A DNA stretch of 64,000 nucleotides from Ophelia neglecta (GCA_965285935.1 OZ260663.1:34782001-34846000), one strand, 5' to 3'. Numbered from the stretch's first letter, positions 29,023 through 43,462 are shown. Numbers and translations: made by a program. Notes: generated by a model not told the origin, from the sequence alone.

Positions 29023-30979
29023 CTTGATACTTGACATGTGTATTACGTAACAGTTGGCTGTCCATCAGCAGATTGGTTGTAACTGCCTGGTATTCTCTTC
29101 TAGGTCGTCTCGTCAGAGCGCACATTGTCACCCAGTGCTCTGCTTGATCAATTCTCTCTTAAAGGTTAAAAATCTGTAATTCTCATGCATCAAGCTATAA
29201 GGTAATCAGGGCTTCTAAATGAGACAGATATTCATTCAATGTGACGTAATTTTTGTCTTTTCTTGCCCTGTAGGCTTAATTACTCTTCCTTTTCACGCGA
29301 TAGAGGAAGGACTAGCCACAATCCGGAAAGAGACATGTTGATTAACGGTGTGTTTCTGGTCTACCAGTGAACGCTATTTCGTCATCAATCTTTCTTTTTC
29401 AGTTTCCTCTGCTTGAAAAAAGGCCCCCTTTATTGATTTAGCGACAGCTACCTACCATGATATATGACGTCTTTGGGCTAAAAGGGAAGTATTGGGGACG
29501 AAAGAAGGCAATGTGTAGATTTTTTTCCCCGAAAGGCATGAAATGAAAGAGCACCCCAAACTGCTTAATAGGGAGGATTTATTTATACTTGAGTCTGAAA
29601 GGAAAGTTGCTTCAATTGACGTCGCTATCTTTTATGGATTGAACATCCAATTTGGGATTAAAAATTCATGTATACTACCCATGGTTGTCTTGACCCAATC
29701 GCACGTAGTGTTTTTAAGTACCATTAAAAATCCTTTTTTAGGAGGTAAAAATAAAATCCTCCTATATTATATTTATGTGTGTGTGTGTTTCCAATTTATA
29801 TTGTTCTAGAACACTGGGCGTCCCTCATACTGGGGTTATATCCTTTCTAAGACAGTCAGATATAGATGACGTGTGCGGTATGACGTGGCCTATTACCCTA
29901 CAATGTGAAGGGAGTCAGTTATCCGGCATAAAAACGACTCCTGCCTTACCCAACGATGTGTTTACGCAGTATAGTAATATAAAAACACTGGGCTTGTGAG
30001 TGTATGACTACCTCAAACGAGAGACGAATCGTCACAAATAGCTCAGAGTTGCGCAAATCCATTTACTCATATGCCGTGAATAATTGTTTCTATTCCAGAT
30101 AATCCAGTTCAGGCGCTGAGAATTGGTGAAACACGTGTTTTCCTTTCCCGCCCGTAATTGCCTGTGATCCTCCCTGTCACAAATGCAAACATAATTGTCA
30201 TAGTAATGGTTCCAAATAGGGATCAAGCAATGCATCATCATACTTGCTGCATTAATAAAGTCAAAGACAATGCACTAATCACGTTTAAAACAAATGTCTC
30301 ATCGATTGCCTGTTTATCACTAAAATAGAGGAGGGTTTACCTAAAAAAACTTGGTTGTCAACTAGCCATCGTCTGCTATTTCCTGGCGCAAAACTATTGT
30401 GAAACTCTCTGCAGAGAAGTCAATTTGGAATCTGACCATTTTGAAACGCAGACATAATGATTGATCAAGTTTATTGTGTTTCTCAATCACGCGTGGTGGG
30501 TAAAATGTGGTAGATTGGATGCCACTGACACATTTTCAACCAAATGTCTGCTGTATCCGGATATATGATTATGCCGGCCCGAAAATTGAGAGTATCTACA
30601 AACAGGGAGTCGGGTGATTTATTTGTCAAGTTTTCTGAGCAATTCGTCTCTGAAATTACTAGGCATGGTTAGGTCGATTGAATAGATACAATTCCAGCTG
30701 TACATTTCTACCGAAAAATAAGTATATATTGTGAAGGATATTGGCGGAAGATACGGAGTTCTGACTGTTTATGTGATTACTTTCATACCATAGCACCAAA
30801 ACGGTATATACCATGCAGCAATATAGCACCGTCTCTCGCAACAACTTGATCAGTCGACAAGGATATGATCATGAAAATGAGCATGATGGCTGACAAGCCT
30901 TGTGGGGTACTGCATGAAGTCACCTTGTGTCGTGCAAGAAGGAAATCGAGACTGTGATCAGTAGCATGTCGTACTTCCG

Positions 30980-32636
30980 TCCAAGGGACGAGGGCATGCG
31001 CCCATATCAGCCAATGGACGAGGGCATGCAACCCATGTCATCCAAGGGACAAAGGCATGCGCCCATGTCATCCAATGGACGAGGGCATGCACCCATATCA
31101 GCCAATGGACGAGGGCATGCGCCCATGTCATCCTAGGGACGAGGGCATGCAACCCATGTCATCGAAGGGACAAAGGCATGCAACCCATGTCATCCAAGGG
31201 ACGAGGGCATGCGCCCATATCAGCCAATGGACGAGGGCATGCGCCCATATCAGCCAAGGGACGAGGGCATGCACCCATATCAGCCAATGGACGAGGGCAT
31301 GCGCCCATGTCATCCTAGGGACGAGGGCATGCGCCCATATCAGCCAATGGACGAGGGCATGCAACCCATGTCATCGAAGGGACAAAAGCATGCGCCCATG
31401 TCATCCAAGGGACGAGGGCATGCGCCCATATCAGCCAATGGACGAGGGCATGCGCCCATATCAGCCAAGGGACGAGGGCATGCACCCATATCAGCCAATG
31501 GACGAGGGCATGCGCCCATGTCATCCAAGGGACGAGGGCATGCGCCCATGTCATCCTAGGGACGAGGGCATGCAACCCATGTCATCGAAGGGACAAAGGC
31601 ATGCGCCCATGCCATCCAAGGGACGAGGGCATGCGCCCATATCAGCCAATGGACGAGGGCATGCGCCCATGTCATCCTAGGGACGAGGGCATGCGCCCAT
31701 ATCAGCCAATGGACGAGGGCATGCGCCCATGTCATCCTAGGGACGAGGGCATGCGCCCATATCAGCCAATGGACGAGGGCATGCAACCCATGTCATCGAA
31801 GGGACAAAAGCATGCGCCCATGTCATCCAAGGGACGAGGGCATGCACCCATATCAGCCAATGGACGAGGGCATGCGCCCATGTCATCCTAGGGACGAGGG
31901 CATGCGCCCATATCAGCCAATGGACGAGGGCATGCAACCCATGTCATCGAAGGGACAAAAGCATGCGCCCATGTCATCCAAGGGACGAGGGCATGCGCCC
32001 ATATCAGCCAATGGACGAGGGCATGCGCCCATGTCATCCAAGGGACGAGGGCATGCGCCCATATCAGCCAATGGACGAGGGCATGCGCCCATGTCATCCA
32101 AGGGACGAGGGCATGCGCCCATATCAGCCAATGGACGAGGGCATGCGCCCATATCAGCCAATGGACGAGGGCATGCGCCCATGTCATCCAAGGGACGAGG
32201 GCATGCGCCCATATCAGCCAATGGACGAGGGCATGCGCCCATGTCATCCAAGGGACGAGGGCATGCACCCATATCAGCCAATGGACGAGGGCATGCAACC
32301 CATGTCATCGAAGGGACAAAAGCATGCGCCCATGTCATCCAAGGGACGAGGGCATGCGCCCATATCAGCCAATGGACGAGGGCATGCGCCCATGTCATCC
32401 AAGGGACGAGGGCATGCGCCCATATCAGCCAATGGACGAGGGCATGCGCCCATGTCATCCAAGGGACGAGGGCATGCGCCCATATCAGCCAATGGACGAG
32501 GGCATGCGCCCATGTCATCCAAGGGACGAGGGCATGCGCCCATATCAGCCAATGGACGAGGGCATGCGCCCATATCAGCCAATGGACGAGGGCATGCGCC
32601 CATGTCATCCAAGGGACGAGGGCATGCACCCATATC
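30980..32636. repeat. GC-rich minisatellite, 30-bp unit GGACGAGGGCATGCGCCCAT(ATCAGCCAAT/GTCATCCAAG), ~55 copies
   Basis: Directly visible. Two main alternating variants plus recurrent 31-bp variants. Confidence 0.97.
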
Positions 32637-33455
32637 TCTCAACCAAGTTTTCGTGTAAGCAACATTATAAAGGCCTTGATATAAAAGCGCATACATGTTT
32701 TAAAATTGTAATGCGTAGATATGCTTAACTGCTTATTTGCAACAAAACGAAACCTGACAATACAGACGCCAACACAAACATGGAAGCATTCTAAATTGTA
32801 ATAGGACAGAGTTTTGTAAACGGTGACGCTTATTGGCTGCATGTTCGATTGTTCTAAACTAGTCGTGTTTTTGTGTCAATGATCAAGATTTGTTTCCATC
32901 AATGTCATTTTCATAACATGGATGCTAGTTTCTGCGACAGCGTATAGATGGCTTACTTTTGACTGAATACTGCACAAAGGGGTCTTTATTAATACTAACT
33001 ACTGGTGGTAATGACACTGCATTTAATTGGAACTCGGTCAATTTTCACGTCGGATGAATAATTGCTCTAACGAGCAATTGCTAAATTATTATAGGCATCG
33101 TATCTATACATCAGTGACACATAATGGGCAGGCGATCTAAAAATATCAACTATAATTGGCAACGTAATGACCGGAAAATAATTAGTTTGTGTTTATTGGT
33201 AGCAATTTAGATAAGGCGTTACGGGTAAACTGTAATAAACAATAGTGCGATTAGTTAATCGGCCTATTTGTTTTCCATTCTGAATTTAGTTGTTAACATT
33301 CGAGCTTTTCTCTTCAACATTTGGTAAGAGGAGACACTGTTTATCAAACTCATTGTTGATGAATTTTTATGTCAGCTCCTTGTTATTTAACTCCGACTAA
33401 CTCTGAGCATGTTACTCAGCTTGATCTAAGCTGTATCTCTTCTTTGCCTGTATTT

Positions 33456-33710
33456 GTGCGGTGGCCGAGTTGTCAGCGAGGAGGGCTGCCAGACCAAGGG
33501 ACCGGGGATAGCCTCCCGTCCGAGGAAATTACGTGGTTCCTTTGGCCAGAACCTCAACGTCAGCGTGTCACTCTCCACCCAGAAGATCAGTGGCTACCTG
33601 GCGGACGAAAGAATAAGGTTATTTGTCAGGCGAATAATCCTTATACCAGTGAGTAATTTGTACCATCCTTTGCGCCGGCCTAGACTGAAACAAGGCGTAA
33701 AACCTTCTAT
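33456..33710 (+). mobile_element. Old tRNA-derived SINE with a CORE-like central region
   Basis: GCGGTGGCCGAGTTG A box, degenerate B box (GGGGATAGCCTCCC), then GGTTCCTTTGGCCAGAACCT...CTCTCCACCCAG...GGCTACCTGG resembling the CORE domain, and a GGCGTAAAACC tail. Confidence 0.5.
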
Positions 33711-36700
33711 AATAAATGGCGTCATCCTACTTGTAAACATGATTGGGTCCAGTAAGTTGAATGGCAATTTAAGTACTACTGTATACGACAACTTAGGTAT
33801 AAAATGCAACTCTATCTGAGAGTTCACTTCTTGGTTTTTATTACCTTTTCCTCTTTCTTACCTGCGATTTAAGGCGTAATTTGGCCGTTTATTTACCCCT
33901 CCCCCCCCCCATCATTTGAACGATTAGAATGATTTATCATCTAAATTATTTATGTATATGAGAAAATCGATATCGCACTGTAAAAGTATAATCGGTGGCC
34001 ATTGACTCAATTCTAGTTTTGTTTTGAGCTGCTTGAAAACAGGAAATAAGTTATGAATGAGAGACAATTAAGGAAATCAGATATGCACCATGTGTCAGCA
34101 ATTCAGGACCTAACGAAGAGGCACAATGAATAATTAAACACTGCTCCTCTGTTTGCTTGCATATTAGTTGTTGTTTACCATTCCTCACGCAACTCTAAAA
34201 AGACTTTATAATGACAATAGTTTCTATAAAACAAATATTGGTTAGTTCACTAACCTCAAACAATAATGAATTGACAGCTCGGGGCGCCTGGGGCTTCGAT
34301 TGTTACAGATTGACAAGTCATAAAGTATTTAATCGAGTGCTTTCTATTTGTTCGTTAATGACTAGTGGGGTTATTGAGCAGCACTTACTCAAAATAAACG
34401 CAGGCAGACGAACTATGGGCTGATGGCTTGAAGCAACGCACAGGCGAGGGCTTGTGAATGTTGAGCTAAAAATACCGTTTCCGGACAACAGTATTTAAAG
34501 GTATCTTTTTAATTTTTTCCTTACAAAACAAATACCTGTTGAAGGGGAAATATCAAACTCAGAATTGAATTATCCTCTCTATTGGGGTAATACGACCTAT
34601 GTTCAATTTGGCCAGAATGACAGCTTTGCGCCCGGTTTACAAGTGATAGATTATGCAAGGTTAAGTGGTCTCATCTATTCAATATTCAGTCCCATCCGTC
34701 AATTAGTTTCGAACCTTCTAGGAGTACTACCTCCTATGTGCACTATCCAACTTGTAATACATCCTATGTACAAAGGTAATACCTATATGGTGAATTCACC
34801 GAGATAGTAATCCCTCCTATATGTGCAGTGTAAATGATTAATTCAGTCAGGATCTCTGTATGACTTGCTTGTGGCCGGAAATGGAAAATAATTACCCAAA
34901 TCGTTTAAGGATTCTTGTGTGATTATTATACAATACAAAACTAAAAATCAATAAGTTTAAACACTATCATTCATTTAACTAAAACCTTTAGGCGTGAATA
35001 GGATGTTTCATCCCGACGGCGACATAAGTGATATACAGGCACTATTATTTTTACCGTTTAAGACATTTCAATTCTTTGCAACTCGTGATTGCAAATAATG
35101 CAATGAGTCAAGCGACAACGTTTATCAGTACCAGTTTACAACAAGGCCAATGACTAACCATACACAGTTTTCGTTACAAAAAGGTATAAAAGGAATACTC
35201 TTTATTGTAGTAAATGGGTTAATCATCTACGAATAAGGACAACAGAGGTGAGGTAGCTATCTTTTTTGAAATGTCATGAGATTAATGTCTGTGTTCCGCC
35301 TCGCTAATGGGGGCGATTGACTGGAAAATATCGACCTTGTTAACCGGAGAACGTCCGAGCGTTCATCATCATTATCCGCATATGCATTTCTAGTTAAAAA
35401 AAACCTATTGCCCTTTTATTAACGGTATTCTGGACATAAACTCCTTTTTGCTGGTTGGCATAGTTTGCTTTCAATTTGTCGAGGTTTCAACCCTTTTTTA
35501 TATCTGAATACTTAATAGCCAGACTTTCATATCAGTGTTATATTTCAATTGATTGTAGTCCCTCCTTTTTTTCAGGGGATATAATGTTGTCCAGAATCTC
35601 GAATTAAGTGTGTTTTTTTAATATTCTTTTTTATTTATTATTTCATCCATTGGCGATACTTACTCTGTGTTTTGTTTGTATTTTTATTTCCATTATTCAA
35701 TTTATCTCAAGTATACTAGAGAATGGACAAGACGTTTACAATAATCTGACTGTATAATTATTGAGTTAGTGTTGTTTGAAAGAACCGAGTAACATGTATA
35801 TATAAAGATTGTCTACTCCAATGCAGAAAACTCTGCTTGATAAAGTACATTTAGCAAACACACACTGTGTGACACCGGTATTATCGTTTATGTAATTAAT
35901 GCCCCTAATTATTCCGCTTGTAAACATAGCAATTGGGAATCTATACGTCTCACAACCTCCAGTTACTAAATACGACCTCCGCGGCGTTCGATTACATATT
36001 CCAGTGCTGCGAGGGAGTTGGGCAGGCGGTACTCCTTTATAATTACTGTTATCTAATGACACACGAGTATCCTTTTCTTCTGAATGAACGCGGGAGCGAT
36101 AAATTCGACATTTTCCTCTTTATTTTATTGTCGATGTGATTTTCGAGTACGTAGTTGCTTTGGTCTTTGCCCCCATCGAACCACACCCATCAACCCCTTT
36201 AAAATCACACGTTATACACCTTGAGGGTAGGATATACCATACATTCGAATCAGCACTATACAACAAAAGGATCCTAACATTTTGTTTTTAAAATAAAACA
36301 GGAGGCAAGCAAATCTCCTTGTCAAATCTTATGACTGTTAAACGCGATGTCTCAGGTTGCGATTGAAAGCTTTGCCTCTGGGTAATCGGATGCCTTTTGT
36401 GCATTATATAACTTGGTGGATTCTGTTGAATTCCAAAAACAGCAACTAGCAAACAATACATTTGATTGATCAAAGCATGCATGGCGTTGACTTCATCTCT
36501 CTCAAACAGTGCACAATGAAACTACCCCCCCCCCCCCCCCCCTGTTAATAGCTTAGTCTTCAAACATACTGCTAATGTGTATTGCAACTGACTGTTTTCT
36601 GTTAATAAATCTCCATGCGTCACTCATATCTAGACTTCTAAAATGTAAGTTGCAAAACAGTCTACGTATTTAATTCCCGTCATATGTAGTGCTTCAAATG

Positions 36701-36756
36701 AAAATAGCTTCTGTGTTAATTAGGGGCATCTACATTAGGACCCAACATGTCGTTTT

Positions 36757-36850
36757 ATATGTAAAATATTATTGAAATTAGGGGCACCTTGGAAAACAGG
36801 GCACTTTAACACAGTCCCTTGCCTGTCCCTAATTTCCAGGTTTTACTGTA
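36757..36850. mobile_element. Degenerate Tc1/pogo-type MITE remnant
   Basis: Right end GTCCCTAATTTCCAGGTTTTACTG+TA, with a partial inverted match GTAAAA...GAAATTAGGGGCAC at 36761-36787. Confidence 0.35.
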
Positions 36851-39499
36851 TTTGGCAACCTAAATCGGCGAGACTCAATTCAAAATATTGGTGGTTACGT
36901 TGTGAGAAGTGTTATTTTGATTCATTCCGAAAAAACGGCCTATATATACTCAAAGCCGGCGAAAAGCAAGGAAGTCTAATTAGGTATCAGTGTACATGTA
37001 ACAATGAAATATAAAGCGATTTTGTTTTACGAAAAGACACTGAAAATGTTCAGTATTATTTTAAAGTTTAGTAGTAAAGTCTTATAATGTCAAATGAAGA
37101 GAGAGAAATTAGCTTCTTATTTTATTGTCACATATTATATGGTTCAATAGGTGGGTGTATGTCTGCATTTAGAAAATGGTTGTTTGAAATAGGATGCCAT
37201 AGTATATTAGAAAATATTTGTACAAGAAGTGAAAATAATATTTGTTGTTTGCTTTCTGCAGAAAACTCTATAACAAAATTGCCAAATAACAGGCGTCAAA
37301 ATTTGTCTGAGCACAATCTTATTACAATATATAGATTCATATTTCGAGATCATAGACAGTTCAAAAAACACCCCATGGCTGGTCTTATCGTGGGCTTGTT
37401 TGCTCAATCGCCCGAACCTATCATCGATCAAATATTATAGGGTGTTTAATTATTTATTTCTTGTATATAAAAAAAATTGAATTAGGCCTTCAGTTGATTA
37501 ACCACAAACCAATAAAACAGGAAATGTTCCTCGTGTCTTTATTCGGTATTCTCTTATAATTACGATTTACCCTTGTGATAAAGAACTCGAGTATCACTTG
37601 TTATGCGGGGCAAGTGATCACGCATGTGAGACAGTAAATATCGATGCGAAAAGACCAACTCGGGACTTGTTCCTCGTCTACGCCTAAGTATATCTTCCTC
37701 TGGCTTAGTCTAGGTGGATGAACATTAGTAAATACATAGTGGGTTAGCCCAGCTGATCCTCGCTGGAGGATATATTGGTATTCATGAAGGATAAAGATAT
37801 TCATTACACAGTATTAAGCAATATCAGCTGCTATTAAGGACTCTGCAGCCGGGATTTGGAACTACTTAGCCATCTCCTCCAATTGTCGTAGATTACTGCG
37901 CGTTGTGAAAAAACAAGCCAGAGGTCGTATTGTTGATACCTTATTTAGAACCTTCTAGGGACTTCTCAACACGTGTGCCAGATCGATAAGAACCGCCGCG
38001 GCCTTGATTACCAATATTATGACCATGGCGGCCCTCTTATGAATCGGCGACAATGCAACTGCAAGGCTAAGGTGAATATTGTGAAAAAACACAGTATTAA
38101 TTTACAATTGTCATTGTTTTGTGATCGAAATATTGTCTATGTTGCATTGTAAGGAAAACCAGGTCTTACGCGAGGTAATTGGTTGTTGTTTTATTCGATG
38201 AGATTACAAAAATTAAGGAGAACCTGACCTTTTGGAAGCCTTTAGTGAGTGATTACTAAGTGTTGACACCGACCACGACCCCTATTAATTTTGAGCAGGG
38301 ATGGTAAACTGGCCAAGTCAGAAATGTCAATGGCTTTTTTTCCAAATAGCAAACCATAACCACTATTTTACGCTAGATAACATGTAAATTTCCATGGTAA
38401 GCCTCCAAGCGCAGAAAACATTTTACTGTCACAGGCTGGCTTCATTTATCACGTCCTCAGTGCAGTTTTGCGGAGGCAATGGAACTGTTATCAGGGACAA
38501 ATCTAGTGACAGGAAAACGTCAGGAAAATATCAGTAGACATATATAGGTATATGTGGACACAAAATGATTGTGTCCAAACTTCCGACAAATAATCGTTTG
38601 AGCCGATTTTAGGCCAAACATAGTGGTTTTATTCAACAAACTTAACGATAAAGTTTTAAAAAATGTTACAAGTAACTGTTCTAGGCCCCGCCACCATTTT
38701 ATCTAGGGGGGTATCCCTAAGATTTTCTCGTCCCCTTTAACACCAGTTGGAGTATCAAGGACGAGTGAGAAGTTTTGTATGCAGCATGTGTTAACAGAGG
38801 CAGCTTAATAAGACACAATCCGACTGAGCATCAAACAGAAGGATATTGGGCTTCACTTTTGACACGAAACACTTTCTAGTCAAATTGATTAAATGTTCTC
38901 CGTAAACCAATACATTTCCGACATTTCATCAAGCCGCGAACTGGTCTCATAATTAACATCAACGTTCAAATCCGACCGGTGCAGACGTTTACATGAACAA
39001 CTACATTACCACACAAAGAGCGAGCATCAATCAGTCAATGGTAACATGTATAGTTTCGAATTAGAGTGATTGATCCCTTGGTGGTCGTTTCTGCACAACG
39101 ACGACACAATTCTAATTGACATATTGATAACAGTGACCACCAACAGCTTGAAATGTGATATTCATATTGGTAACAAGCGTCATTAGTCCTAGTTTGGACA
39201 CCCTTAGTTGTCTGTAGTCACTGGCTGATTTGTGGTAATTATTTCCATATTATTAGCTCGGCCACCTTCGCCCAAGTATCAATTTTCCTGCTTTGTAAAT
39301 GACGCACGTTGGTTATATTAGATTAGGTTCCTAGTTTTATAAGCTTGCCGATTGAAACATGAAATCAGAAGACAATGATTTGCAAGTGGCTGTTATGTTT
39401 ATTCGGCTGTAAATTGTGAAGTAGAAAATGGCAATATATATAAACGGGGTCGGGATGGATGGGGCATTTTGTTCATACAAATATCGTTGCGAAAGTCTG

Positions 39500-40101
39500 G
39501 GGCCTCAGATATCGCTAACTCCAAGATAACGATTTAAGTCTGGGGTCTCAGGCATGCCTAGCTCCAAGGCCAGTGTTAAAATGGATGGTCTCGGGTACGG
39601 CTAGCTCCAAGGTCACGATTAAAATGTGTGGTCTTGGGTACGGCTAGCTCCAAGGTCACGATTAAAATGTATGGTCTCGGGTACGGCTAGCTCCAAGGTC
39701 ACGATTAAAATGGATGGTCTTGGGTACGGCAAGCTCCAAGATCACGATTAAAATGTGTGGTCTTGGGTACGGCTAGCTCCAAGATCACGATTAAAATGTG
39801 TGGTCTTGGGTACGGCTAGCTCCAAGGTCACGATTAAAATGTATGGTCTCGGGTACGGCTAGCTCCAAGATCACGATTAAACTGTATGGTCTCGGGTACG
39901 GCTAGCTCCAAGATCACGATTAAAATGTGTGGTCTTGGGTACGGCTAGCTCCAAGGCCACGATTAAATTCTTGGGTCTCGGGTACGGCTTGCTCCAAAGC
40001 CACGATTCAAATCTGGAGTATCGGGTGTGGCTAGCTCCAAGGCCACGATTAAAGTATGGGGTCTCAGGTATGGCCATCTGCAAAGCCACAGGATTAAAGT
40101 A
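39500..40101. repeat. Tandem repeat, 43-bp unit GGTCTYGGGTACGGCTAGCTCCAAGRTCACGATTAAAATGTRT, ~14 copies
   Basis: Unit starts at 39587, 39630, 39673 and so on. Homogeneous centre with diverged edge copies. Confidence 0.95.
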
Positions 40102-41429
40102 TCCTTTTCACACTATCGCTACATGTACGGTGCATTTTAAAGATGTGCCATGCTTGGTCATCATAATACAATTATTTATTGCTTACAGGCGATGACAGTA
40201 TTAAAGACATGCCTCTCAAACGGCTTGAGCAGAAGCGCCCAAGGAACTCTGAGGCATTGATTGGTTTGTCCTATTATCGATCACCTCCAGGTACAATATA
40301 TTTATGTTACTGGCCTTTCCTTGTGTATAAGGCTATTAAATTCCATGGCTTAAAGGTCCAACCAACGCAAAACCCCAGGATAAGAAGTCACCAGTGTTTT
40401 TGACCGAGACACCTAATAACCTAGGTTTCCCAGACAGGAGGAGAAAGTAAAAGAAAGATGGTGATCGGATTCTTTTTTATGTGACGTGCGAGGAACACTT
40501 TTTATTTTGACACAAAACTATCCCAGACGTATGTATAGACCAAATATAGACTTAATAAGAATCAAGCTATATACCTATAAGAGAAACCACTGTTTGTTTT
40601 TTTAATTCTCGATGAGTGTTTCTTGGGTAGGTCTATAGCTTTGTCTTTATTAACTTCATTGCGTTTTTTTCTTCACACACCAACACTACTAACCCAGGCA
40701 CAATCACCACAGCTATAGAATGTTAAAGGGCGATAATTCAAGTAATGAGATCTTCTTTGTCAGTCGTATACAATATGTGTACTCTTGATCAGTGATCCTG
40801 TCAGTATTGAGACAGGGGGGATAAATTATGTTCAGGGTTTGTCAAATGTCGATTTTCATAACATATTTAACTTCCTGCAGCTGAATGGACTGATACAGAA
40901 CAAAATCTACATGTATACATTTCACGACTCAGACATTATCAATATCTAGAGCGACCAAAGCAAATTGAATTTACCTATTGTATTATTGGAAATAACTTGC
41001 GGGAATCCGAGATGGTTCTCTGTATGGCAAGGCACTTCATTGAAGCATGGACCTAATTCTGTCTGGGACAACGAGACATAACAGGGTGTTTCGTCTGTAA
41101 CAGCCGAGGTCAGTGTTATCTTTGATAGTCCGTCTTAGACGTGCGCAGACTCAGCAAGTAGTTATCACACGCTTACAGACGCTGGCCCTTAATTCACTCT
41201 CTACAATCCTCCGCTCATGTTCTAGATCGTCTGCCGGGCTTTATACGGCAAAGTCCTCGGACCGTGAATACAATGTTGTAATAACTAGGGGCGTCTTTCC
41301 GACAAATGCCTGCAGAGATCCAACTAGGCCTATGTTTAATTCCACATTAAATACATCAATCTTAAACTACCGACTCACATTCACTGTGTTACCTTCCTCA
41401 TTATTGGTTAGAGTTAATTTTATTTGACT

Positions 41430-41540
41430 GTTTGTCTTGGCGCCCTCCAAAAATCAAAAGAGTACGTTCTGGTCTACACTTGGGCCAAATTTGGTGCTTG
41501 TAGACAAATCTGCACAATTATTGCCTAAGGGCCTGGACTA
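41430..41540. mobile_element. Solo DNA-transposon terminus (possibly Academ-like)
   Basis: The reverse complement begins TAGTCCAGGCCCTTAGGCAATAATTGTGCAGATTTGTCTACAAGCACCAAATTTGG, resembling recalled Academ termini. No partner TIR was seen. Confidence 0.35.
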
Positions 41541-43462
41541 TGTTACAAATAGGTCAACCTTTCGCTACATGGCTTTGTGTTGATTTGGCTTCCTACCTAG
41601 CAGTTTGCTGTTTAAATATTTTCTGCATGTGACCAGCCAGATAGTGGTTAAATGTATGATTGCTTTTGCTAAAGTGGTAGCAATCTGACAGGTCCACTGG
41701 CCACTACGTATTGGCTCCCATGTACAATTTCCTCAATATCCAAAATGTCCCGAGATGCTAAAAAATCGTCTAAGTAAGCGGCTTCTCGTTGAGTAAGTTA
41801 TCACATAGTCCAAAAGCCAAGGTTATTATAACATGAACAAAGAACGTCCTATACACACAAATAAATATTGTATAGCGGCAAGTGTTGGTGAACTGTGCAT
41901 TTTGGCGAATTTCATAATAATTATTTACTAGAAGTAAGCCGTATGCAACCACGGTGAATGGGGCAGTATGAGTTTATTTCCAAGCAAGGTGGCCACGCCA
42001 ACTGTAGATTATAGTTAATTCGGCAACAGGGAAAGCATGCAAGGCATCTGCCCTCCCTGCCTGACCCTTGTCTCAAATCAGACGTGTTAACCCATTTAGA
42101 AAGACTGAAAGCCCCAAAGAAAAGCTACCAAAGTAGACAGCGGTGGTATTAGCATTGCTAGCATTTGTTACCGATCGCACAAAATCAACTCTTGTTTACG
42201 ACATAACGGAAAGCGGATTACAGAACGGCGGACGAAAGTTCGGAAACCACGCCGATAGGCGAAAAATCGAACTCTTTAAAAACCACGGTTTGGGCGTACA
42301 GCAACGCATTGTTGAAATTTGGGGCGAACCGTACGTAATTTGCTGATAACTCGGCGGAACTACCGGCTATAGAATTACCGCTGAATGCCGGGAACATGTC
42401 CTTCCCGGGCACAGCTCTTGTGTATTACATTTCCCCAGACAGGCCCACTTTTCATATAACTAACTCATTAGATACACTCGGAGACGACAAACAATATCGA
42501 AAATATCTGGTGAAATACGATTCGCCTACTTTTGCTGCTGGCGGGCATATCTTGGTGTACCGTCTTGCCCTTACAAACACTATAGAAATGGTAATTTAGC
42601 CATGGAGACCAAGATAGGCCTACAGTTAGCTGCAAGGATGCGGCACAGTTGTTCAGACCGCCATTTTGAAAACTGACGCTATAGGTGAAAATCGTCGCCA
42701 TTGCTCATTACAAGAAAAACCTCTCTGTCGATCAAATAATGTTATAGGCCAACTGTATTTTATGGCCTATAATAATATATTGACATATCCTTTATAAACA
42801 TTGCACTGTTTTCCCCATTCATCATGGGTGTCCACCATTCCCACGGATAGGACCCCGGGAAACAGAACAACCTGCCTCCGAAAACAAACTCAATCATCGC
42901 ATCTCGAACCACGACACGTACGACCCTTCTGCTGAAAGAAAAAACCTCCGTTAGCACCATATACAAACTCCACAGTTGTTGGCGCCATAAATGCCAGCGC
43001 GTTGCCGTTAATTGATCGAACAGGTTTCATTCTTGTGTGGGTGTATTATATTTGCTTGAGCAAAGTGGCCACCGACTCAGATTCCCACCAGGTCTTTCTA
43101 TGTACCACACAGTCATGATGTCAATGTTTTAACCGAATCGGTGGCATGAGGACGGAGAAAACTGTTCGGTCGTCTATTCCGCATACATCTGACTCAACAC
43201 TTCTCTCCTGTTGAAGAGGTGTCGACCTAGAGAAGGAGAAGGTGTTTATTGTCTGGTTTGAAGAGACATTATAGATGGTGTAGGTTCCTTCGGCCACTTT
43301 ACTGAACGGCTTCATCCGCAATCCTTTTAGATTATCGCACACTGGCATAACATCACAACGGTATAATCAAATCAGAGCTGCTCAATCGGGAGGAAGTTCA
43401 ATGTCTATAGGTATCTCTGTGAGACGAAGCAGGGCCAGGTCACTCTGTCTCCCGGGCTCAGT

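Noticed and set aside
29104-29400. Acceptor/donor-like sites suggesting small exons
   Set aside because: The phase-1 frame contains a stop and there is no coding signal; non-coding exons cannot be supported without RNA data.
30927-32728. Long repetitive ORFs (up to 290 aa) on both strands
   Set aside because: They are by-products of a stop-poor 30-bp minisatellite: 31-bp units shift frame, all frames are open, and no splice context links them to a gene.
30980-40101. CRISPR-like interpretation of the tandem arrays
   Set aside because: No unique spacers and no cas genes, in an intron-containing eukaryotic context.
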